24,000 bases of DNA from Marinomonas spartinae (lineage in GTDB: Bacteria; Pseudomonadota; Gammaproteobacteria; Pseudomonadales; Marinomonadaceae): positions 1,899 to 25,898 of the forward strand of contig NZ_JAEMUI010000027.1 of assembly GCF_016461715.1 (NCBI RefSeq), in the 5' to 3' direction. The notes under the pieces are model-generated. The model ran no database searches. It was not told the DNA's origin and saw only the letters and a list, made by a program, of their open reading frames with translations. Positions 1-7,934 of this stretch are shown here, one piece after another. Position numbers and translations under genes: made by a program. The stretch's first letter is position 1, and each line of letters begins with the position of its first letter.

Positions 1-4
1 GAAA

Positions 5-1021
5 TTGAAACACCTATTAACGACCTGCGTTACCCTGCTTTTTGCGACAAATCTTTTTGCTCAGACCATTCGGGTTGCGAGCTGGCTTCCTCCAACAAAC
101 CCAATGAATGCTGTTGTTATCCCTGAATGGGGCAAAGCAATTAGCAAAGCGACGAATGGGCGGCTTAAGGTTGAAATTGTTTATGGTATGGGGCATCCAA
201 AAACAATGTGGAACCTGGTTGAGGATGGCATTGTAGACGCCAGTTATAGCTATCATGGCTATGTGCCAGGACGATTTGAATTGCCACAAGTGGTTGAACA
301 ACCAGGGCTTGGAACGAATGCAGAAGCGGCTTCTTATGCCCTTTGGAAAACCTATCAAAAATACTTTGCTAAATCCCATGAATTTGATGGGCTTAAATTA
401 TTGGCGCTTTTCACTCATGGACCAGGACAGATTTACTCAAATTTTCCGATCAACGATATTAAAGATTTAGAAAACAAGAAAATCCGTATCGGTGGTGGTG
501 TACAAAGTCAGCTCGCTGATCGATTTCATATCACGCCGGTAGGCGCGCCAGCCCCTAAAGTCTATGAAATGATGCAGCAGGGCGTGATTGATGGTGCGTT
601 TTTACCGGTCGGTGAAATGAAAACTTTACGATTGGCAGAGGTGACGAAGGACCTCACTCTGTTCCCTAATGGTTTGTACATGGGCAGTTTTTCTATGTTC
701 ATGAACCCTGATGTTTTTGATGATTTGAGTCAACAAGATCAAGAGGCGATTAACAAAGCTTCAGGCGAAGTCTTGTCTGTTTTAGCCGGTAAAGCATGGG
801 ATGCAGGCGATGTTGCGGGTTTACAAAGCGCACGTGAGGCGGGGGTGAATATTCATGTTGTGAAGCCGAACTCAACGCTGGCTAAAGAAGTGAATCAGCG
901 CATCGATAATGTTGCGGCTGAGTGGGTTAAAGGCGTGGATAAGAAGGGCTTTAATGGCGATGCTGCTTTATCTTATTTGCGTGAAACCGCCATGCAATAT
1001 GCTGCAAAACATAAGGAGTAA
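5..1021 (+). CDS. TRAP transporter substrate-binding protein (DctP family)
   Basis: 338-aa ORF with a signal-peptide-like N-terminus (MKHLLTTCVTLLFATNLFAQ). The small and large TRAP permease genes follow immediately. AAGGAG sits at its 3' end in front of the next gene. The apparent TTG start is only 4 nt from the window edge, so the true start is uncertain. Confidence 0.85.
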   Translation: MKHLLTTCVTLLFATNLFAQTIRVASWLPPTNPMNAVVIPEWGKAISKATNGRLKVEIVYGMGHPKTMWNLVEDGIVDASYSYHGYVPGRFELPQVVEQPGLGTNAEAASYALWKTYQKYFAKSHEFDGLKLLALFTHGPGQIYSNFPINDIKDLENKKIRIGGGVQSQLADRFHITPVGAPAPKVYEMMQQGVIDGAFLPVGEMKTLRLAEVTKDLTLFPNGLYMGSFSMFMNPDVFDDLSQQDQEAINKASGEVLSVLAGKAWDAGDVAGLQSAREAGVNIHVVKPNSTLAKEVNQRIDNVAAEWVKGVDKKGFNGDAALSYLRETAMQYAAKHKE

Positions 1022-1024
1022 TCG

Positions 1025-1564
1025 ATGTCTCGCTCTCCTTATGAATGGCTCACGACGGCTGTGAACCAGCATCATGGAGATTTAGGGCTGGCCAAATGGC
1101 TGGCCTTTCTCCTTGAAGCCGTGTCTGCCGTTATGTTATTCGCGCTTATGGTGTTGACATGCAGTGATGTGATCGGGCGCTATGTATTCAGTAACTCTAT
1201 TAATGGCACAACAGAGTTAACGGAGCTGGCCTTAGGTATCATTGTTTTCTGTCAAATCCCTGTCGTCACTTTAACGGGGGCACACGTGGTGGTAGATATT
1301 CTAGATCGCGTTTTGCCCGAGTGGTTTGCCAATGCTTGTTCTTTCATCATGAGCTTATCCATCGGTATTGGCTGTATTTTTGTGGCGGATCGCATTTGGT
1401 TTCAAGCATTACGTTCGTTGCGTCGCGGCGTGGTAACAGAATTTCTGCTTATCCCTGTCTCTTACTTCGTGCAATTTATTGCCATCATGATGTATTTAAC
1501 CGCAGCGATATTGATCTATAAAGCAATCACAAGCTTATTTTGCCGTAAGAAGGAGGCTGTGTAA
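1025..1564 (+). CDS. TRAP transporter small permease (DctQ family)
   Basis: 179-aa hydrophobic ORF with about 4 TM segments. Its ATG lies 3 nt after the dctP-like stop, behind AAGGAG. It lies between the P and M components. Confidence 0.85.
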   Translation: MSRSPYEWLTTAVNQHHGDLGLAKWLAFLLEAVSAVMLFALMVLTCSDVIGRYVFSNSINGTTELTELALGIIVFCQIPVVTLTGAHVVVDILDRVLPEWFANACSFIMSLSIGIGCIFVADRIWFQALRSLRRGVVTEFLLIPVSYFVQFIAIMMYLTAAILIYKAITSLFCRKKEAV

Positions 1565-2892
1565 TGCTGGATTCTTTAATCGGCTTTTCCATTCTTCTTC
1601 TATTAATTCTCGTCTTTAGGGTACCAATTGCTTTTGCGATGGGATTGGTGGGAATCACAGGGTTTGCTTACCTACAAGGACTGGGGTGGGATAATGTATT
1701 TGATTTTCGTTGGACAGGTCCGATTGCATTGGCAGCCAACCGAATTGTCGACACTTCCCAAGAGTACAGTTTGTCTGTGATTCCCTTATTTATCCTGATG
1801 GGGAATTTCGTCACCAAGGCAAACTTATCTGGTGAGCTTTATCGCGCTTCGAATGCTTTTCTAGGGCATCGAAAGGGCGGTCTGTCGATGGCAACGATTG
1901 TTGCTTGTGGCGGTTTTTCCGCTATTTGTGGTTCCAGTTTAGCAACCTCGGCCACCATGGCAAAAGTAGCTATGCCCTCGATGAGAAAATATGGCTACCA
2001 AGACGGTTTGGCGAGCGCTTCAATCGCGGCGGGGTCTACGTTAGGTATCTTGATTCCACCAAGCGTGATCTTATTGATCTACGGCTTATTAACGGAAACC
2101 AGTATTCGTGAGCTGTTTGCTGCAGGCTTTCTTCCAGGCTTGTTAGGCATTTTGCTCTATCTTGCAGCGGTTCGTTATGTTGTCTGGAGGCACCCTGAAT
2201 ACGGCCCTAGTGCAGAAAAAGCCAGTTTCTCTGAGCGCATTGCCGCCATGCGAAATGTCTGGGGCGTACTTTTGTTGTTCTGTATCGTGATGGGAGGCAT
2301 CTATCTTGGGGTATTTACACCGACCGAAGCCGCCGGGATTGGTGCGGGCGGAGCATTTTTGATTGCCGTTATGCGCCGCTCTCTTAGCTGGTCGGCATTT
2401 TTCCATGCGTTAATTGATACGGGAAGAACGACCGCTATGTTATTCGCTGTGTTAATTGGCGCGTTGATCTTTTCAGACTTTATTACCATGGCAGGATTAC
2501 CGGATGAGCTTTTAGCGTTTGTGAAAAGTCTTCATTTACCACCAATGGGCGTTATTCTGATTATAGTCGGTATTTATCTCGTTTTAGGCATGGTCTTCGA
2601 AAGCCTTTCAATGATTTTATTAACCGTGCCTATTTTTTACCCCTTAGTACAAAGCTTAGGTTTTGACTTAGTTTGGTTTGGCATTGTTGTGGTGGTGGTA
2701 ACGGAAATTAGTCTGATTACACCGCCTGTGGGCATGAATGTATTTGTTCTCAGTGCCGTGCTAGACAATGTAAAAGCAGGGACAATTTTTAAAGGTATAA
2801 CGCCATTTTGGTGTGCAGACATGGTTCGCTTGGGGTTGATCGTATTTGTCAGTTCCATTGCGCTTGTGTTACCTGAAATTTTGTATCGATAA
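1564..2892 (+). CDS. TRAP transporter large permease (DctM family)
   Basis: 442-aa polytopic membrane ORF. It overlaps the previous stop as TAATG and is preceded by AAGGAGG. Length and hydrophobic pattern are typical of DctM. Confidence 0.9.
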   Translation: MLDSLIGFSILLLLILVFRVPIAFAMGLVGITGFAYLQGLGWDNVFDFRWTGPIALAANRIVDTSQEYSLSVIPLFILMGNFVTKANLSGELYRASNAFLGHRKGGLSMATIVACGGFSAICGSSLATSATMAKVAMPSMRKYGYQDGLASASIAAGSTLGILIPPSVILLIYGLLTETSIRELFAAGFLPGLLGILLYLAAVRYVVWRHPEYGPSAEKASFSERIAAMRNVWGVLLLFCIVMGGIYLGVFTPTEAAGIGAGGAFLIAVMRRSLSWSAFFHALIDTGRTTAMLFAVLIGALIFSDFITMAGLPDELLAFVKSLHLPPMGVILIIVGIYLVLGMVFESLSMILLTVPIFYPLVQSLGFDLVWFGIVVVVVTEISLITPPVGMNVFVLSAVLDNVKAGTIFKGITPFWCADMVRLGLIVFVSSIALVLPEILYR

Positions 2893-2917
2893 TTATGATA
2901 AAAAGCGGAGAAAATGT

Positions 2918-3847
2918 ATGGGTAAATTAGCCCTTGCTGCAAAAATAACGCATGTTCCCTCTATGTATCTTTCAGAGCTTGATGGTCCTCAAAAAGGATT
3001 TCGACAAGCCGCTATTGACGGGCATTACGAGATATCGAAACGTTGTCGAGAATTGGGTGTCGATACCATTGTCGTATTTGATACGCACTGGTTGGTTAAT
3101 GCCAATTATCACATTAATTGTGCTCCGCACTGGGAAGGTGTGTACACGAGCAACGAGTTACCCCACTTTATCAATAATATGCCGTATGAGTTAGATGGTA
3201 ACCCTGAGTTGGGTCGTATCATTGCTCAAGTATGTAATGAGCAAGGGGTGGAAACCTTAGCCCATGATGCAACCACCTTGGCACCTGAGTATGGAACATT
3301 GGTGCCAATGCGATACATGAATGAAGACCGTCACTTTAAAGCCGTCTCTGTATCGGCGTTATTAACGGTTCACTATCTCAATGACTCGGCTCGTTTGGGG
3401 TGGGCGATTCGTGAAGCGATCGAAAAGCACTACGATGGTACGGTGGCGATCCTCGCCAGCGGTTCGCTTTCTCACCGTTTTGCGCAAAATGGTCAAGCCC
3501 CAGATTTTTCCACCAAAGTGTGGAGTCCATTTTTAGAAACTTTGGATCATCGCGTCGTTGAGATGTGGGAAAACGCAGAGTGGAAAACATTCTGTGAGAT
3601 GCTGCCTGAATACGCCGCAAAAGGACACGGTGAAGGGTTTATGCATGATACCGCCATGTTATTGGGGGCATTAGGTTGGTCGGATTATGATCAAAAAGTA
3701 GAAGTGGTGACCCCATACTTTGGTAGCTCTGGAACGGGGCAGATCAACGCTATTTTTCCTATCTCACCACAAACGGGAGAGGCGGTTCCTGGCCCGCAAG
3801 CCTCTGTTGAAAATGGCTCGTTTGTGTACGGCAATAGCCGTCTTTAG
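2918..3847 (+). CDS. hpaD: 3,4-dihydroxyphenylacetate (homoprotocatechuate) 2,3-dioxygenase, LigB/class III extradiol family
   Basis: From Met25 of the tracked ORF the protein reads MGKLALAAKITHVPSMYLSEL...VVFDTHWLVN...YGTLVPMRYMNED...LASGSLSHRF...GEGFMHDT. As I recall this is near-collinear with E. coli HpaD/HpcB. GGAG lies 8 nt upstream of the ATG at 2918. The longer 2846 start would overlap dctM and is unlikely. Confidence 0.75.
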   Translation: MGKLALAAKITHVPSMYLSELDGPQKGFRQAAIDGHYEISKRCRELGVDTIVVFDTHWLVNANYHINCAPHWEGVYTSNELPHFINNMPYELDGNPELGRIIAQVCNEQGVETLAHDATTLAPEYGTLVPMRYMNEDRHFKAVSVSALLTVHYLNDSARLGWAIREAIEKHYDGTVAILASGSLSHRFAQNGQAPDFSTKVWSPFLETLDHRVVEMWENAEWKTFCEMLPEYAAKGHGEGFMHDTAMLLGALGWSDYDQKVEVVTPYFGSSGTGQINAIFPISPQTGEAVPGPQASVENGSFVYGNSRL

Positions 3848-3896
3848 AGTGATCGAGACAAACTAACTTCCGCCTTCCATTATTATGTTTGTTTAT

Positions 3897-3930
3897 AAGC
3901 GCCTTCGCCTCTAAGGCGCTTTTTTATTTT
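3897..3930 (+). terminator. Rho-independent terminator after the TRAP-hpaD operon
   Basis: Perfect 9-bp stem AAGCGCCTT/AAGGCGCTT (3897-3905 / 3913-3921) followed by a T-run. Confidence 0.8.
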
Positions 3931-4219
3931 CTAAGATCGTCCTATCTCAAAAGAAAAATGTCACTAAAGGGACATTTTCATATTTTGCTTCCTATATAGA
4001 ATGACCAAAAAAATAGACAAGTGTACTGGTTCTAGACTTTCGGAATCCACCCTAAGAAAGACATTCTACTATCCAGTGAGATTATTCTGCTTGGCTTTGT
4101 CTTTGTTAAATAGCCCGAATGTAGTTATTGCTGGAGAGCATCTGATCTCTAATTACCCATTGTCGATCTAAGTCCTTACCGATTTGGTCGTTTCTAATAA
4201 AAAAGATAGGAATAATAAG

Positions 4220-5608
4220 ATGAGCGATACAGCACACACGAAAGTGGACGCAACAAGCAACATAAAGCCCATTAAAAAGATGAATTTGCCAACGATGATG
4301 GCAATTTGTATTGGGCTTGTGATTGTTCAAGGAGCAATGATTTCTTCAACACAAGGAATTGGTTTAGGTGGTATGGCATTTATTGCAGCGATGGTCACCG
4401 CATTGATTATTGCGCAGTTTAATGCCATGAGTTTCTCTGAGCTGTCGCTTATGTTTCCACAGGAAGGAACATTGGCAACTTACACGCAAAAGGCGATTGG
4501 TCATTTCCCTGCTATTGTGTCTGTATTTGCAGGTTACGTCGTTGTGGCTTTCTTGGCTGTTCCAGTTGAAATGTTTCTGGTCGATGGTGTGTTAGATCAG
4601 GTTTTCCCCGGAGTATTTCCACCTAAAGTCGTACCTATGATTATTTTGGTGGTTCTATGTGTGACGAATCTAGTGGGTGCTGACATCTTTGCGAAGGTAC
4701 AAAACTTACTGGCTTTTGTTTTGGTTTTTGCATTGATTGCGGTCGGTTTGTCTGCGGCGACGGGCATTAGCCAACCACATCCGATACTATCAGGCACTCA
4801 TGTTGATTGGAGTTTTGCTGGGGTTATAAACGGCAGTTTTATTGGTTTTGTCGCACTGGCTATGTGGCTAATGGTTGGGGTTGAGTTTATCTGTCCCATG
4901 ATCAATGAAGTCGAGAATCCATCAAAAAATATTCCAAGAGCGATGCATGGGTCATTATTTTTCATCTTTACTATTTTTCTACTCTTTGTGTATGGCGCAA
5001 GTTTTTATGTCAATGTGGAAACGTTAACGACAGCACCTATTCCATACCTGAACTATGTTGACGCTGTGTTTGGTAAAGGCGGCATGATCATTGCGACTGT
5101 TATGGCCCTAACGGCAACCTGCAGTACGATGAACACCGTTCTGGCTTCTATTCCTAGAATGTTGCATGGTATGGCCCATCAAAAACAGGCTTTCCCACAA
5201 TTGAAAGCGTCTAACCGTTTTGGTGCACCATGGGTAGGTATTGTGCTAATGGCAGTATTAATTGCTATTCCATTCTTGTCTTTTTCCATTAATTCACTAA
5301 TCACCCTTGTTATTGCTGCGACAACAAGTTGGTTATTGGCCTACATTGTTGCGCACATTGATGTCATGGTATTGCGTCGTCGTCTTCCTGACCATCATCG
5401 TCCTTATAAAACACCATTCTTTCCAATTCCTCAGATTCTTGGGATTGTGGCTATGGTTTATATTGCTTTAAACAATTCGCCTTCCCCAGAAATGACGAAA
5501 CTGGTTTATAGCATTACCGGTGGAATATTGCTGGTAATTAGCCTTATTGCTGCGGTTTGGGTCAAGTTTTATATGAAACGCGGTTTATTTGAGCCAGACA
5601 TGAGCTGA
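4220..5608 (+). CDS. APC-family amino acid/polyamine permease
   Basis: About 462-aa polytopic ORF with roughly 12 hydrophobic segments and APC-like sequences (FSELSLMFPQEG, GVEFICPMINEVENP). The ATG at 4220 is preferred over the TTG at 4184. Confidence 0.8.
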   Translation: MSDTAHTKVDATSNIKPIKKMNLPTMMAICIGLVIVQGAMISSTQGIGLGGMAFIAAMVTALIIAQFNAMSFSELSLMFPQEGTLATYTQKAIGHFPAIVSVFAGYVVVAFLAVPVEMFLVDGVLDQVFPGVFPPKVVPMIILVVLCVTNLVGADIFAKVQNLLAFVLVFALIAVGLSAATGISQPHPILSGTHVDWSFAGVINGSFIGFVALAMWLMVGVEFICPMINEVENPSKNIPRAMHGSLFFIFTIFLLFVYGASFYVNVETLTTAPIPYLNYVDAVFGKGGMIIATVMALTATCSTMNTVLASIPRMLHGMAHQKQAFPQLKASNRFGAPWVGIVLMAVLIAIPFLSFSINSLITLVIAATTSWLLAYIVAHIDVMVLRRRLPDHHRPYKTPFFPIPQILGIVAMVYIALNNSPSPEMTKLVYSITGGILLVISLIAAVWVKFYMKRGLFEPDMS

Positions 5609-5620
5609 TTGTTATCGATC

Positions 5621-5648
5621 TGTGTCAGCTAGGAATCTAGCTGACACA
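5621..5648. terminator. Perfect 12-bp hairpin between convergent genes (possible bidirectional terminator, no U-tract)
   Basis: TGTGTCAGCTAG-gaat-CTAGCTGACACA lies between the permease stop (5608) and the DoxX stop (5672). There is no T-run on either side, so terminator function is uncertain. Confidence 0.45.
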
Positions 5649-5671
5649 CCTATCAAACTAAAGTCTTCTTG

Positions 5672-6133
5672 TCATAAGACATGCTTATTTTTGTGATACA
5701 TTTTGTTTAGGATTCCATCCACAGAAAGTGTGTCCCGAATGGCTAAGAAACCACTCGAAAGCCAGACAAGACACGCTAGGATAAAGAGCTCTCCACCATC
5801 ATTGCCGACAACGTTCCCCATGGCATCATACTCTGGCATTTTTGTTCCAAGTGGTGTGAACAGATGGAAGAAAATCGCCCCCGTCATAATTCCCATGCTT
5901 AGCAAGGCGCCTAAGCCATGCCATCGGGTAAACAGCAGGATGCTAGCAATCAATTCAAATGTCCCTATAAGGTAGGCACCATAATGGCCAAACCAAATGA
6001 AACCAGACCATGCTCCCAAGGTGGAAAAAATATACTGGGTCTCATAAGAGCCAGAAAATTTAAAAAACAGCGATTGCACAAAGATAAATGCAATCAATAC
6101 AGTAAGGATATATTTCACTAATTTTGTTTTCAT
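5672..6133 (-). CDS. DoxX-family membrane protein
   Basis: 153-aa ORF with four hydrophobic segments. Size and pattern resemble the DoxX family. Its start lies 10 nt after the YHS gene stop. Confidence 0.7.
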   Translation of the reverse strand: MKTKLVKYILTVLIAFIFVQSLFFKFSGSYETQYIFSTLGAWSGFIWFGHYGAYLIGTFELIASILLFTRWHGLGALLSMGIMTGAIFFHLFTPLGTKMPEYDAMGNVVGNDGGELFILACLVWLSSGFLAIRDTLSVDGILNKMYHKNKHVL

Positions 6134-6143
6134 TGTATGCGCC

Positions 6144-6584
6144 TTATTTATTGATTAAGTTAGGCCAGTTGCGGTCGCCCATTTTAATAAAGCCTTTTGG
6201 GTCTTTATCCCACTTTGCTTTAATGTCTGAGTCATAGTTTAAGTACAGCTTGCTATCCACAATGGCCCATTGGTGAGGGTCGGCGGAGGCAAAATCATTT
6301 TTAGCGGCAATCGCCCATGCGCAGTAACCGCCATATTGTGGCGCGTATTTCTCAGGGGTCTTCTTAAACATCGCTAGATGCTTAGCCGATGAGAAATACC
6401 AATCCGCACCTTTGTATTTGGTGGTGTATTGTTTGCTGCCTTCGACTGCTTTATGGTCAGTAAAATAGGCAACGGTATCGTAGCCATCTAACGCTTTGTT
6501 ACTAAAGAAACTGGTATAAATAGGGTCTTTAGCGTAGACAAAGCCGCTCAGCAACATCATTAAAACCAATACATACTTTTTCAT
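6144..6584 (-). CDS. YHS-domain periplasmic protein
   Basis: 146-aa ORF with a signal peptide (MKKYVLVLMMLLSGFVYA). It carries the motifs ALDGYDTVAYF, ADWYFSS and YGGYCAW that I associate with the secreted YHS-domain (seleno)protein family. AAGGGG lies upstream of the ATG. Confidence 0.75.
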   Translation of the reverse strand: MKKYVLVLMMLLSGFVYAKDPIYTSFFSNKALDGYDTVAYFTDHKAVEGSKQYTTKYKGADWYFSSAKHLAMFKKTPEKYAPQYGGYCAWAIAAKNDFASADPHQWAIVDSKLYLNYDSDIKAKWDKDPKGFIKMGDRNWPNLINK

Positions 6585-6610
6585 ATTGAACCCCTTTATT
6601 AATAAAATTA

Positions 6611-7354
6611 TTAGGACGCCATTGCGTTTTTCGATGGCAAGTAAACACTGTGTTTTATAAGGTTTTTTTCATTTAAGTGTGTGCAAGGTGGACCCGCCAC
6701 ATAACTCATTTTTTGGATATTTGGCGTCACAACTACCTGCGTAAAACTCACGGTGTGGGCATCGTTTCTGTGCATACAAAATGACGTGTGTAAGTGCTCA
6801 TCATGATGACTGGCATGCAGTTGACTGAAATCCTGTCTTCCCGTTGCAACAAAATCCTCATAGGTTTTCTGACGGTGTGCCACCACACGATCTAAATCCA
6901 CACCGGAAGAAAATAATGGCCCAGATCTTGGGTAGATCTCAGTGTCTTGTCCATTCCATTCGAACACCATGACATCCATTTTGTGTTTGGTTAAGGCAGG
7001 ATCAAACGCAACCAATAAGAAGGGAGCATACGCCATTGGATTAATGGCGTTAAAAGCCTTTTCAATGTCCACTGTGCTTGTTTTCGAGGAGAGGCTCTTT
7101 AGTAGCTGTCCGCGACTAATCAAGGTGCCTTTGGGGCATAACCCTTGATAGTTGTTGAGCAAGCATAAGGTTAAGCCGAGTTCATTCACACTTATCCAGC
7201 TACCCTGACCGACGGGATCAATGGGCATCAGCACGCTGACATCATCTAGTCGTATTTGTCTAGGTGGTAGGCCTAAAGCTCGATGCTTTTGTTCATCCCG
7301 ATTAAAAAAGACTTGATAGCCTTCTTCCTCTAATTGCCAGGTCACAGAGCACAT
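6611..7354 (-). CDS. NRDE-family (TANGO2-like) protein
   Basis: 247-aa ORF starting Met-Cys (MCSVTW) with the literal FNRDE motif at residues 17-21. Both are hallmarks of the NRDE/TANGO2 family. GAGGA lies upstream, and the start is 3 nt after the previous stop. Confidence 0.8.
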   Translation of the reverse strand: MCSVTWQLEEEGYQVFFNRDEQKHRALGLPPRQIRLDDVSVLMPIDPVGQGSWISVNELGLTLCLLNNYQGLCPKGTLISRGQLLKSLSSKTSTVDIEKAFNAINPMAYAPFLLVAFDPALTKHKMDVMVFEWNGQDTEIYPRSGPLFSSGVDLDRVVAHRQKTYEDFVATGRQDFSQLHASHHDEHLHTSFCMHRNDAHTVSFTQVVVTPNIQKMSYVAGPPCTHLNEKNLIKHSVYLPSKNAMAS

Positions 7355-7357
7355 GAT

Positions 7358-7912
7358 TTATTGTCCTCTTAAATAGGATACGGTTGTTGGGGCGTAGCCA
7401 AATGTGTCGTTCGCCCTTATGTTGATCTTCAATGAACGCACAATGACGTTAGCCATCGCATAGTGATGGGTTGCATGCAGTGCAACAAAACTCAGTTCGC
7501 GCTCAAAGGTAGAAGACACGACACACACTTGCGTGCTGTTCAAGCAGACTTCAGTGGACACCAACACTTTACGGCCTAATTGACGTTCATCTAGATTGTC
7601 TAACCATGCTATCAATGCCTTGATTTCTTCTAATGCCACAATTCGTGATGTCTCTACCACACTGTCACGACGGCGTAGGTTGTAATCAATTACGTCTTTT
7701 TTGCTATAAATGGCATAAAACAAATCCAACAAATGGCGAAAATGTTTGCCAATCGAACTGGTTACATAAGGAGGCGCCGCTAATTGGTATTCTTTATTGC
7801 TGATCGATGATAGAAATTTTTGCCCTTGTTGTAAGGTTTCGATACAACCATCAATAATAGAAGTGCGCGTTCTGTTTTGAACGGGTGATAAAGTTATTAA
7901 GTTCGTTTGCAT
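7358..7912 (-). CDS. DinB-like (four-helix-bundle, metal-binding) protein
   Basis: 184-aa ORF from the ATG at 7912 (GAGGG upstream). A GTG at 7930 would give 190 aa. His-containing motifs GKHFRHLLD and LHATHHYAMA resemble the DinB/DinB_2 histidine triad. The assignment is by motif only. Confidence 0.5.
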   Translation of the reverse strand: MQTNLITLSPVQNRTRTSIIDGCIETLQQGQKFLSSISNKEYQLAAPPYVTSSIGKHFRHLLDLFYAIYSKKDVIDYNLRRRDSVVETSRIVALEEIKALIAWLDNLDERQLGRKVLVSTEVCLNSTQVCVVSSTFERELSFVALHATHHYAMANVIVRSLKINIRANDTFGYAPTTVSYLRGQ

Positions 7913-7934
7913 AAAGCCCTCACAAGGCACAAAG

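Noticed and set aside
2846-2917. Longer start (2846) for the dioxygenase ORF, overlapping the dctM 3' end by 47 nt.
   Set aside because: The extension (MSVPLRLCYLKFCIDNYDKKRRKC) has no counterpart in HpaD-type proteins. The internal ATG at 2918 has a GGAG Shine-Dalgarno sequence and gives the canonical MGKLALAAK N-terminus.
4131-4160. A CTGGAGAGC sequence in the 372-bp leader of the APC permease that superficially resembles the start of a glycine riboswitch. An 8-bp-arm palindrome, AAAATGTC-N8-GACATTTT, also lies at 3955-3978.
   Set aside because: I could not find the rest of the glycine-riboswitch core (conserved ACCG/CUCAGGCAA-type segments or a tandem aptamer architecture). The palindrome alone is not enough to call an operator.
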